DNA of 64,000 nt from assembly GCF_009914755.1 (NCBI RefSeq), contig NC_060936.1; one strand, written 5' to 3'. The translations under genes were made by a program, and so were the position numbers. How positions within the stretch are numbered: the first letter of the stretch is position 1; each line of letters begins with the position of its first letter. A model generated the notes under the pieces. It worked only from the letters and a program-made list of their open reading frames with translations. It made no database searches and had not been told where the DNA came from. The DNA comes from the human T2T-CHM13v2.0 reference genome, Homo sapiens. Positions 36,091 to 51,132 of this stretch are shown here, in pieces.

Positions 36091-36994
36091 TGTGCTCTTG
36101 TTGTGGAGGATGGAGGAGGGGAAGCAAAAGAAAAAATGGGAGCTGGCATATAAATGGTCTTGCTAATGTGGGTCTTTCCAGATCAAAACCTTTTTGATAA
36201 TTGTGTTTATGTAGTCCTTTCTAACCCCCTGCCCAATCCCTCCTCTTGATTAATCGTAATATAATTTTCAAGTGTCTGTTAATATTTTTGCTACTCTTTG
36301 TATGTGTAAATATGCCTCTCCCTTACCTCCAACCTGAGAATTGGTAGATAAAGGTGGATATTAAGAATGAAGCTGTGTTCTACCTGGGTTATAATTTTAA
36401 AAGTCATTGTACCTTTGGAAATGGTGCTGTTTATCAGCTTCTCTTTAACGGGGCAAGGATATGAATATGTTCTCTTAGGGAAACTTTTGTCCATATGACC
36501 AAAACTGATGACAGACTGAAAGGGGATGTCTATATCTAGATAAAATGGGATGGAATACGCACAGTCCTTTTCTTGAAAGCAGGTTTTTGTGCTTTTTCAT
36601 TTGGCATGGGAATATTGCCCAGAGAAACCACTTGTAAGGTTTTTAGGGGCTTGATTTTGTGAGTCCTGGCTGTTGAGTTACTTACCCTGTATTTTCGGTT
36701 AATGGTAACATTTTTATTTTAGGAGCTTTCATTAAAGACTCAAATAATATATTTTCTATTTGCGGTTCAAGCTGACTAACTGTAATAAATCTTTTTTCCA
36801 GTATCCAGAACAGTTTCCAAATAGGGTTGTATCCTGATGTGGAAACTAAAAAAAAAAAAAGCAAAAAGATTGATTTACATATTTAAAAAATTAAATGCCA
36901 GTATAAATAATGTTGTCACTGGTGAGGCGTTAAAAGGTAATTAAAGTAAAACTTTTTTGTTTCCTATATGTATTTTTCTTGGATCTCCTGCAAG

Positions 36995-37188
36995 ACAATT
37001 TTCACCTTCCCTTTGTGATCAGAGCCGTCCCAGGACTTCAGGGGCTTCCTACCTACAGAATTTATTAAGAGTTCCCCCTGATCCCACCTCCACAGAATCA
37101 TTTCTTCTGAAGGGCCCCCCTTCCATGAGTGAATTCATCCAAGGGCACCGGCTCAGCAAGGAAAAAAGGTTAACCGTGGCTCCACCAG
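36995..37188 (+). CDS. BICD1: BICD1 alternative coding exon (probably exon 8), 194 nt; low-complexity C-terminal extension
   Basis: Acceptor tatttttcttggatctcctgcaag|ACAATT, donor CCAG|gtaaac. In phase with the long exon 7: (R)QFSPSLCDQSRPRTSGASYLQNLLRVPPDPTSTESF...RLTVAPP. Confidence 0.88.
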
Positions 37189-39402
37189 GTAAACATTTTT
37201 TCCTTGGGTGCATGTGATGCAAATGATTAGTTGAATAGACTCTCCCCTTCCTTCCGGTCACTCAGGCTCACCCAGCTGCAGAGTATACCTTTGATGATGT
37301 GTAAATTCCTATAAGTCAAGTAAAAACTTCCTTACACTTAGCTTCCCATTTCCTCCTTCACTCATATTCCTTAGAATGACAGACTTCCATTTAACAGCCA
37401 AAGATGGCAAATGAGAGTTGGAAGGAATGGGATAGGTAAAGGGAAATTAGCAACAAGCACAACGCACACACACTTGGATCCTATTTGCAGTTTGGTAGCT
37501 CATGGCGATTCCATCTTGGTCAGATTTGGCCAGTTCTCTCTTATCGTTTTTAATGTAATTTCCGTAAAGGGAGAGCCATATGTATAACAAGGCTTTTGGG
37601 CTGATTTCCTTTTGTGGTGACTCAGAACGTCTCCTCAATCATTATATTGAGAATAAAAGTAAAACCTTCTAAGATTTTGCTCCTCAAGAACATTTAGGTC
37701 TTAGTATAATGTTCTTGTAGATTGCAGGCCCCCCACTGGTTAATGCTTACCAACATGTTCACACTTAGCTTCACTATTTTGCATTTTTCTTTCTTCCTTC
37801 CTTCCTTTCATTCTTTTTACTTGTTCTATGAAGAGGCCTAACTTGAAAATGTGACATATGGCAAATAGAGAAAATTATTCTTGCAAATAAAAATCATCCT
37901 TTTAAGGAATCCCTGCATGTGAGTATAGGGCAGAAGTGGCAAACAAGGAGCCCATAAACCAAAGTAAGCTTAAAGGCAGCTGTTATTTGACTATTGCCAG
38001 AAAATAAAAAATAAAACTATTTAAGTTAGTTATTGACAGTTAAAAATTCAAGAGATTTTATATGAACATCAGTATTTCTGGCCTCTTTTGGAAGATTCTG
38101 AATATCTGGCAGCCCTAGGTCTGCGTTCACGCATGTCAACACCTGTTGGAGCTCTGTAGTGGCTGCTGCTGTTAGGGCAAGCTTCGCACTTTGCCACAGT
38201 CACCACTCCTCCTTATTACTTATACCCAGCCTGCTATCCTCATTTCTATTCTCTCCTGGCCCCTCCTGTAGTCTTTGAGTTTGCCACCGTTGAAATAGAA
38301 TTTTTTTTTTCATTTTACCTTAATTCCTTTTTGCAAACCTCAGCCTTTGGATCTCTAATACTTTCCTTATCTGATTCATGAAGTCAGCCTACTGATTGGG
38401 ATTAAAAGATGTGGTGTAGAAACTGATAGTGCATTTCACGTTCTAAAGGTGTTTGAGGAAATTGGTAGTGATAATGAGTTGGAATGGTGTAATAGCCAAA
38501 ATATACACCTAAGAAGAAAAAAAGTAAAAACTGCTTGGTGTTTTTAATTTCATAACTGATTTCCTATTGTTTTAGACCTCCTTGGAAGGTACCTTGAAGT
38601 ATTCTGTGAATCACCAAAGTGGTAATGATTTATCAGGATACCTAACTCGGATAAAACCCACAAGTCTTCTTTTTAGTGTTCCAAATGGATTTAGTAGCAC
38701 TATCTACTGGAACTTAGAAAAGAAATTGGTATGATTAATAAATAACTCCTATTGCTGTTTAATTAAAAAGATAACATCTCAATAAGGTTAAAAATTAATA
38801 ATCAATGTTAACAACAATAACTGTTTTCATTTTTGTATGACTGGTTTTTGTTTACATGAATATATACTTTATATTGTTATCATTACATTGTTTAAGCCAT
38901 GAACATTATATCACAAGCTTTTCCATGTTGCTATCTAGTCTTGTTTTTATTTGTTAAAGTTATTGTATCATAGATTTTGTTTCAGATGCTGTTATCACAT
39001 TAATCACTACTTCTCTTCTTGTCCACTGAGGTAGTTTTTCATTATTTGTTATATTATAGAGCACTGCTGGGAATACCCTCATGCATTCAGCTTCTCATCT
39101 ATTACATTTTTCTCAAGAGTGAGATCACTCAGTTAAAAGTTGAACATCCTTATGTTTTTTGCTCCATTCTGATGTTGCTGTCAAGAAGGGTATATCAATG
39201 TACTAAAAGCCCATAAAACACTTTCCCTTTTTCCCACATTGGGAATCTTTCTGCTACTTTATCCACACTGTGCACATCTTACAACTCTAAAGTCAGTTAG
39301 CATACATGAATGAGAGTACCATATATTGTCTTAAACTCTTTAGTTTTGAATAACCAGAAAATACCATTGACCTTAGAAATGATTACTATTTATGAGATTC
39401 GA

Positions 39403-39688
39403 GGCCGGCTGCAGTGGTTCACACCTGTAATCCCAGCACTTTGGGAGGCCAAGGCAGGTGAATCACTTGGGCTCAGGAGTTTTAGACCAGCCTTGGCAAC
39501 ATGGTGAAAACCCGTCTCTACAAAAATTAGCCAGGTGTGGTAGTGGGCACCTGTAGTCCCAGCTACTCAGGAGGCTAAAGTGGGATCCCTTGAGACAGGG
39601 AGGCGGAAGTTTCAGCGAACCGAGATCGCACCACTACACTCCAGCCTGGGTGACAGAGTGAGACACTGTCTCAAAAAAAAAAAAAAAA
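39403..39688 (+). mobile_element. Alu
   Basis: Full dimer. Confidence 0.92.
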
Positions 39689-40314
39689 TTAGAGATATAA
39701 GGAATGTGGAATTCAGAATAATCACCAGACCAGAAGGTCATGCTAATGACAGCTTAACATATTGATAACCTTTATAATTCTCACCATTTATGTAAAGTTA
39801 AAATAATAAAAGAGGAAAGGAAGTAAAGCTGTTATTATAGCCTTAGGAATTTTTAATTATGTATCGTGGAATCAACCAGATTAACGCTTAGTAAATTATT
39901 ATCAAATCAATCTTAGCAACATTTTCTAAAAGGTCCTAGTTAAATGAATTACTACAGAAAGTGACGGACCATCCACACCAAATAAATTGTAGCTTCTACA
40001 AATATCTGCATTATTACCAATATATGTTATTTTCCCTCAGCTGAACTATATAGGGTAAGACATATCAAACATTTTTTATGATGCTTTTACTATATAAAAT
40101 CTTTTCAATAAGCCAAGAAAGAGAAAATATGACATATAATACCAGTCTTATGTTCTATATAAGAAATATCATAAGCCCATGGGAAATAGTAGATTTTATG
40201 AGTATTTTTAAATTCAGGAGTTTAACCATTATAAAATTTGCTAGCTAGTAACAATATCTATTAATCATTTTAAAAGGAAAATTCTCTATTAATGTATCAG
40301 AATGTTTTTGATAA

Positions 40315-40759
<445 letters not shown>

Positions 40760-41518
40760 TAAAATATATTTTTAGTACATCTTTTTAGATGATTTTTAAT
40801 TATTCTAATAAGCAGATATGGGCTTTATTTTTCTATTGAGGACCATTGAAACAATTACCTCAACTAAAAATGAAATCAGTTTAATTTGTTTTTAATCCTT
40901 CAGTTGAAGAATTGAGAGAGGTATGTGTCGTTTAAAAATTTAAGACACAGAACATAAAATGTTATTTATTCTGTACAAGAGTTACTTTCAAATAGATTTT
41001 ATTTCTATGAGATGGTAAACAGAAAGCCTCATCTCCTTAAATGCACAATTTCTCCATTCTGGAGAATCAACTATAGGGTGAGGCACTGATTTTCAACATT
41101 AGTAGAATATTGTATAGTAATTGATTAATGCATTATACTGATCGGTTTGCTGCATTAGTACAACCTTTTAAGGGAAAATTCTGGCGTTTCCCTCTGGCTG
41201 GCTCAGCTTCTGCAACCTCAGCCCTTACAATTGCAGTGCTTCTGGCCATGGCTTGCTTGTTAACTTTCTTGTTCTTGACTTTATCCTTATCCTGGCACAC
41301 AAATTCCAGTGTCCTTCCACATGCTCATCTTAGTTTTCACAGTTTCAGTTACCAGCTGATCTGAGAAGTGCCTATCAGCCTTGATGACCTTGACTCAAAA
41401 GGGACCCTGTTGTCATCAAGGAGTTTGTAATTGGACAGCAGATTGTATGTCTTCACAAAATTGTTGCCTATTTTTTAGCCAGCATTTTATCTTGACTCCT
41501 TAACTACCTAGGCCTATA

Positions 41519-41589
41519 TCCTTCTCCTCCTCCTCCGTCCCCTCTTCCTCTTCCTCCTCCGTCCCCTCTTCCTCCTCCTCCTCATCATC
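41519..41589 (+). repeat. (CCT)n-rich polypyrimidine tract with a 24-bp internal duplication
   Basis: tcctcctccgtcccctcttcctc occurs twice. Confidence 0.9.
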
Positions 41590-42179
41590 TTACCATTTAA
41601 TCAATAATTGCAATCAGCCTGTCAGAATACGTAAAGGGAATCCATGTAATTCACAGGCGGGAGTTGTTATTTCTGTAGTAAAGACCTGACTGCAGCATTT
41701 ACACATGATAAATAGGAAATGGCAAACCTGGGGAAGCAAGTTTGAACTCAATCTGGAAGTAATAGCCTAAGCAGCTTGCTCTTCACACTGTGTTTCCCAT
41801 GTCACCCTTTTCCTCTTAGGTATCTTGCTTCTCCCTCTCATTTCAATCTCCTCCTTCCTTCTGTTCCTCCATCCTTCCATCCCTCCCTCCTGTCTTTCTC
41901 TGACACAATGACTCAGCTAGTTTAAGAGAATGGTATTATTTTGAAGTCTGAAAATGTTTCTGTGATATTTTGCTTTTTACTGATCTTTAAAGCAACTCAC
42001 AGAAGTGTATTAGCCTTAGATACGTAATCACCCCTTGAGATATATAGTCAACAGTACACACTGACATGTTCATAGTAAAAACTGCCTTTATGTTTCACTG
42101 CATTCAAGCAAGTAGATATTTGTTTGTTTCACGTATTGCAAAGCCTATGTTCTTAAGCATGTACCAAAATCACATTTAT

Positions 42180-42780
42180 TTCATTAATCCATTTACTCAT
42201 TCACCAGAATGTAACAAAATTTAGTGAATATCTGCTATGTGTCAGGCACTTTTCTTGGCTCTTGATATACAATGATATTCAAATAAAACTCATAGTCTGG
42301 TAGGGGAGGTAGGAGACAAATATGTACTGATGTTAATAGATATTCCTGAAATAAATAAAGGAATTAGGATGGTTAGGAACGTCCTTCCAGAAGAAATGCA
42401 AGGCTGGCCATGAAAGGTGACTATATCGTAATAGGCAGAAGGTGGCAGCGCAGGTATGGGTCGTAAGAAGAACCTTATAGGAAAGGAGGTCAACTTGCCC
42501 CAGTGCCATGAGCTCAGCACTACAACCTGGTGCAGGACTTCGAAGTAATAGAAAGCGAGGCTGCAAAGGTGGACAGGGACCTGAAGACAGAGGGCCAGGT
42601 TAGTGAGAGCAGACTTACCACCGGCATAGCTTAGCAGTTTTAAGAATAGGATCAGATTTTCATTTGATAAAATCACCCTGATGACAAGGTGGAGAGTGGA
42701 TTAGATGTGGGTAACATCGAAGATAAAGAAGCAGGTACAGAGACTCATAAAATATGCAGATGAGAGGTAGTGGAGACCAG
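42180..42780 (-). mobile_element. L2 fragment
   Basis: catttactcattc...gaatatctgctatgtgtcaggcact L2 3'-end motif. Confidence 0.55.
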
Positions 42781-43231
42781 AATCAAAACTGTGAGGAATA
42801 GGAATGTTTAAATATGTCCCAAGTTACAATTCAGTTACATATTTCATCAGCCAGCATGTCCTGTGCACACACGACCTGCTCTTACTGCTTTCCATGTTCT
42901 GTATGTGGAAGGAGATCAGTCAATCTTGAACTCATGGCCTCAGTATTTTGTACTTTATAATTTATATTTTTTCCTATAGAGGCTTTTCTATTTATGTGTA
43001 TTCCACTTCCCCATATCACTAAACTGTCTTTTTCCACAGGATTCAATTCTTGAACTAGTAGGAGTGAAGGGCAGTCTGTTGAAACCTGTAATCTCTTAGG
43101 CTTGTATTTTCTTTGAACATAGTTTCCACAGAATTCTTCCCTGTAGGGGAAGGCCTGGGCACTTCTTGATGTCAGAACATGTTGTCTTTAGTTTGGAATC
43201 TGCCAAAACAAAAGTTAAATCAAAAATGTTA

Positions 43232-43510
43232 ATTCCTGTCACCCCAGCACTTCGGGAGGCCAAAGCAGGAGGATTGCTTGAGCCCAGGAGTCCGAGACTG
43301 GCCTGGGTAACATAGCGAGACCTCGTCTCTACATTAAAATTTAAAAATTAGCTGGATGTGCTGGCATGCACTCATAGTCCCAGCTGCTCAGGAGGCTAAG
43401 GCGGGAGGATTGCTTGAGTCTGGGAGGTCGAGGCTGCAGTGAGCCACTGCACTCCAGCGAGTGATGGAGTGAGACCCTGTCTCAGAAAAAAAAAAAAAAA
43501 GAAGAAAAAA
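43232..43510 (+). mobile_element. Alu (AluJ-like)
   Basis: Dimer, 5' end eroded. Confidence 0.88.
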
Positions 43511-44077
43511 TATATTAATTCACAAAATTGTCAACCACATGTTGAGAAATACATTTTTATACTTGCTGTATATTTTTCAATAGGTAATGGTTCAAAAATT
43601 TTAAAGTACAAAGGGTATACAGTAGATGGTAGATTTCTGCCACAACTGTGCCCACCCAACCTTTTGTATTTTTCCAGAAACATTCTATACATATATAAGG
43701 AAATGCATATAAATATATACATATATAAAAACATATGCATTTTACATATGTGTTAATACCATTGGCACAACCACAGACATTATGCATGCCGGTTTTTTTC
43801 ACTTGATGTATCTGGGTTCTTCTTTCCTATACATTTATCTTTTTGTTTCTTTTGAGTCAGAAGAAGTTATGAAGGGGAAGGAAGACATGCTTGAGCTCTT
43901 TAAGAAAGCTTGGAATGTTTCTATGTGTGCAATAGAAATATTTCTTGCCAAATGATAAAATGACAGCTACAAGAATGTTTCTATTCAGAACTATTCAATA
44001 GAAATATGATATAAACCATATATGTAAATTTAAATTCTCTAGTAGTCTAGTAGTCATGTTAGAAAAAGTAAAAAGAA

Positions 44078-44405
<328 letters not shown>

Positions 44406-44454
44406 TTAATTGACACACTATATCCATAATGTGATCATTTCAACATGGAATTCA

Positions 44455-44731
<277 letters not shown>

Positions 44732-44741
44732 ATATATATAC

Positions 44742-44789
<48 letters not shown>

Positions 44790-44870
44790 GTGTGTATATA
44801 TATATATATATATATACGTGTATATATATATATATATATACGTGTATATATATATATATATATATACGTG

Positions 44871-44905
<35 letters not shown>

Positions 44906-44935
44906 GCACACACACACATACACATACATACACAT
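44732..44935. repeat. 204-bp compound [(TA)n CGTG]5-(TA)n-(CA)n array
   Basis: Unbroken purine-pyrimidine alternation. Confidence 0.97.
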
Positions 44936-45177
44936 TCTGTTTTTCTTATTCAGTCTTTGAAATTCAGTATTATGCACTTACAGCATATCTTGATTTGAAC
45001 TAGCCACATTTCAAATGCTCAACAGCCTAATTTCGCTAAGGGCTACTGTGTTGGACGGTGCAGTTCTAGAACTTCTTAGTTTTAACTAGATAGAATTTCC
45101 ACACAGAAATCTAAATTTGAATAACTAATGACTGATTTTAAAATAAAATTTAAGATGGCATGTATTTCGGTTTTATT

Positions 45178-45499
<322 letters not shown>

Positions 45500-45593
45500 T
45501 AAACTGACATAGACCAAAGTGCTATTTTGCTGATTCTGCTTTGTCTCTGATTGGTGGCAGTGCTTTTTAAAATAGATACATATTAAATGTTTG

Positions 45594-45893
<300 letters not shown>

Positions 45894-46956
45894 GTTTGTA
45901 CCTATATACCCTTTTCATACATCTCTTATTTGTTACTAGATCTCCTTGTCAATATAAAAACTTAATTACTTAGGTATATCCTAACAAAACATATTCCTTA
46001 AACATTCTTAAAACAGTATAATGACTTAGTTTTTTAATTACCGTAATGAAGTTGTAAAAGCCCATGTTTCTTATTTTAAGCAGAGAGTGCCTTAAAAAGG
46101 TTTAAAATGCATCCTGCCAGTTTTAAATAGCAGAATTTATTGATACCATATATATAGACTGAAAACACATCAAAGTCTTTCAAGGTTGATTATTTCTTGT
46201 GCCTTCCTTCTTCCCACAGTAAGAGAGAAGATAAAGATAATACTGAGTAAACCATTCCATGCTACAAATTGGACCCATTCGACAAAAATGCAATACTTAG
46301 TAGAACATCTGATGACCATGGTCCTATTCGTGTTTTTATTTTGTTTTATTTTTGTTTTTGTTTACTGTTCTCTCCTCTGTCCAGTATTCCTGTCCAGAAA
46401 TTACATTTCCTTAAAAGATTTCATATTCAAAACCTGAGCATTGTATGCAAAATAAGCTATGATGAAAGGATGAAACTTTTTAATTACTGAAGAGATCAAC
46501 ATGAAAAACTCTGTAGCAAGAATGTGTATTTTATATTAGATCATACTTTTCAATCCATATTGACTATTTTAGTACCATTATGTAATTTTAAAGTCTTTTA
46601 GATTTTGTTAAAATTTTATTAAATCCATGGAAATTGAAAGTTCCTTATTTTAATCCTTAGGAGAAAAACTATAATTTTTCTCTAATATATCCATAAAGTG
46701 AAAGAAGAAGTACTTATTTGATATTCTTAATTGTTACATATTTAAGAGCAAGAGTAATTAGTTCATACTTATGTTCACCTAAGTCCACCCATACATTGCT
46801 GAGGATAGCGGCCTTCAGAAGGTGGCTGTTTCCGGAGGAGTAACAGGGAGGAACAGGTGGGCTGAGATATACATGAGGCCCAGGACATTCCAGGCAATAA
46901 CTGTCTGCCTCTCCTGACTCTGCCCAAACCCGAAATGATGCTTTCTAGCTCACACA

Positions 46957-46959
<3 letters not shown>

Positions 46960-47011
<52 letters not shown>
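46960..47011. repeat. Pure (AT)26 microsatellite
   Basis: Direct read. Confidence 0.97.
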
Positions 47012-47014
<3 letters not shown>

Positions 47015-48380
47015 CAGGCAGATACTCAAGCTGAAAGAGACATTACTGGGGTTCGTTTCTAGATCACAGATCCTGCCTCAGGCTCACTGAAGTGACCAGC
47101 CTCCACCCAGTAACAACAAACTAGTCTAAATCCAGAATAAAACAATTATACATTTTAATCTTACCACCTTCTACCTGTGTGTGCTGTCCACCCTCAAGAC
47201 AGAGAATAGCCCGTATTCCACCAACCAGCAATCACTAGCCTACAACACCAAATCCACAGTTTCTTTGGTATCCTTTGTGCCAGGGAGTTGGGTGCTGAAC
47301 AATCTACCTGTAACATTCCCTTGCCTTCATATCCCAAAGCTCTGCAAGCAAAGAAGAGTTCTGGTGGGCAGCTAGGGCCATTTGTTGTAGTCCAGAGGAA
47401 GAGAGCCATCCGTATCTTCTGTGCTGTACTCATACCTATTTAATCCAATCTGCTGGCACCAGTCTATTATATTCAACTGTTTGCCCCCACTGTAACTACA
47501 TAACAACCACCTCTATTACAACAGTGATTATAAGGCATTATCTGAGAGGGTATATCCAAACTGTACCTTGCAAAGGGACTTCTATCTGCAAAGAATACTA
47601 AGAAAACATATTATGAGAAAGTCACAATAGGTACCCAGAGAAGCCAATCTCTAGGTTAACCAACTACTTCCCTGTCCATTTCTCCTTATAAATGTGAAAG
47701 GAGAGCCTACAATGAAGAAATCCTGGAAGGGCATCTCCCAGCTCTGAGACTCTCTGATGCTATGAATTCAAGTTATTCTGTCCATGACTGGGTCTGGAGG
47801 TCACTGTGTAAAATCTACGCTTCTAAATAAATGTTATGATATCTCAGCATACTATACCATACTTATAACATGTATGCTTATAACAGCATACTATACCATA
47901 TAGTATAGTTCCCAAGAAAAGGGAATGTTTCTTCCCCCCTAAAAAAAGGAAAATTCCCATTATCTAATATATAAAACAAACTTTTTTGATGATTTAAAGT
48001 GACTGTGTGTTGTGAACTGAGTAGACAAGGCAGGAAGGAGTAGTGATGTTCCTGAGTTCTTGCTGAATTCTGACAACGTGCCAACACTTTGATTTCTCTG
48101 TCAAAATGGGTGGGATTTGATATCTAAAAAAGTATACCATTACATATCTAAAAGTATATTGTTACATGGAATATGGAAGCCACTGATTTAATTCTGGAAT
48201 GTCCGTCAACATGACAGCCACCTAAACTCCTCTGAGGCATTGTAAACGGTTAGGAAAATTGACCTTTCTACACACTAAATCTGGCTTCAGTGGCTCTCCT
48301 GAGCTCTAAGGGAGTTGGGCAGGGGCAGCCTGAGCTCCGGCTGTGAGCATAGCTCAACTGATGTGTAGTTAGAATGTTCA

Positions 48381-48756
<376 letters not shown>

Positions 48757-49435
48757 TTATACCTAGACTACTTAAAGTGACCTAGTAATTAAACTTATAT
48801 AGCTCATCAACCAGCAAAGATTCCTAGTGCACCACACTCGTTATAGAGCAGGGAAGCATCGCTGCCACCCTCAGGGATTCCTCTTGCATATCTCTGTGTT
48901 CTGTCCTCCACACACCCATCTCTTTAGTCATCTATTGATTTTATTCAATTTTCCTGGCAGTTTCCCCAGTGTATTTTACCTGAAAGGTATGAGAGGAAAA
49001 AGGAAAAGCACAACTCAAAATGGTTGACTATTCCATTCTTTGTTTTCTTCAAAAAGTGTAAAGTCATAAAGATGCCATAGAACCACTAAATTCATTGTCC
49101 TTTGTCACCTCTCAGCCAATAATAGTCATTGATATACTCTCCATACCACAAATTTAAAGTTTTTTGTGAACTGTACATGCAATAGCCAAGTTTATTTTAA
49201 CTTTAGTCATTACTGGATCCCAGAGATTTTCTTTCTCTTTTTTGGCATATAGATTATTTATGTCACTTCAGTATGCCCAGTCCACAGATGAGATCTTCTG
49301 AGGGACTGCTTCTGGAGCCGGCCCTCTTGTGTGATTGAATTAGTCAGTGATGGTTCTCAGGACTAGATTAGATTGTTACTCTTAAAATAATTACTTAAAA
49401 AAAAAAAAAAAACTTCCATAACTTGAAAATTTTGT

Positions 49436-50758
<1,323 letters not shown>

Positions 50759-50959
50759 TTAGTTTAAGGAGACACATTTCCTCATCTTAAGGACTTTTTT
50801 GCTGCTCTGATGCTGGTCATCTAGTCCATTCTTTTGCTCTAAACTGAGCCTTGCCTCCCAGTTCTTCATTGCACTTCAGATTGTGTCTTACTACAAAGAG
50901 AAAATTAGTCTGTGATCAGTTTGGATCAGAAGAACTGAAATTGTACATTTAGAATAGAA

Positions 50960-51132
50960 GCCAGGGATGTGATGCACACCCGTGATCCCAGCTACTCAGG
51001 AGGCTGAGATGGGAGGATCACTTGAGCCTGGGAGTTAGAGGCTGCAGTGAGCCGAGATCGTGCCACTGCATTCCGGCCTGGGTGACAGAACAAGACCCTG
51101 TCTCTAAAAAATAAAAAGAAGAAAAGAAAGAA
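50960..51132 (+). mobile_element. Alu right monomer (FRAM-like)
   Basis: Single right arm with A tail. Confidence 0.8.

Noticed and set aside
41128-41364. 78-aa ORF with a transmembrane-like stretch (ALTIAVLLAMACLLTFLFLTLSL)
   Set aside because: T-rich intron yields hydrophobic codons by chance; weak start context and no homology I recognise.
47160-47700. Possible processed-pseudogene fragment (balanced composition, short ORFs)
   Set aside because: No recognisable protein similarity, poly(A) tail or TSD; would need a BLAST/Dfam search.
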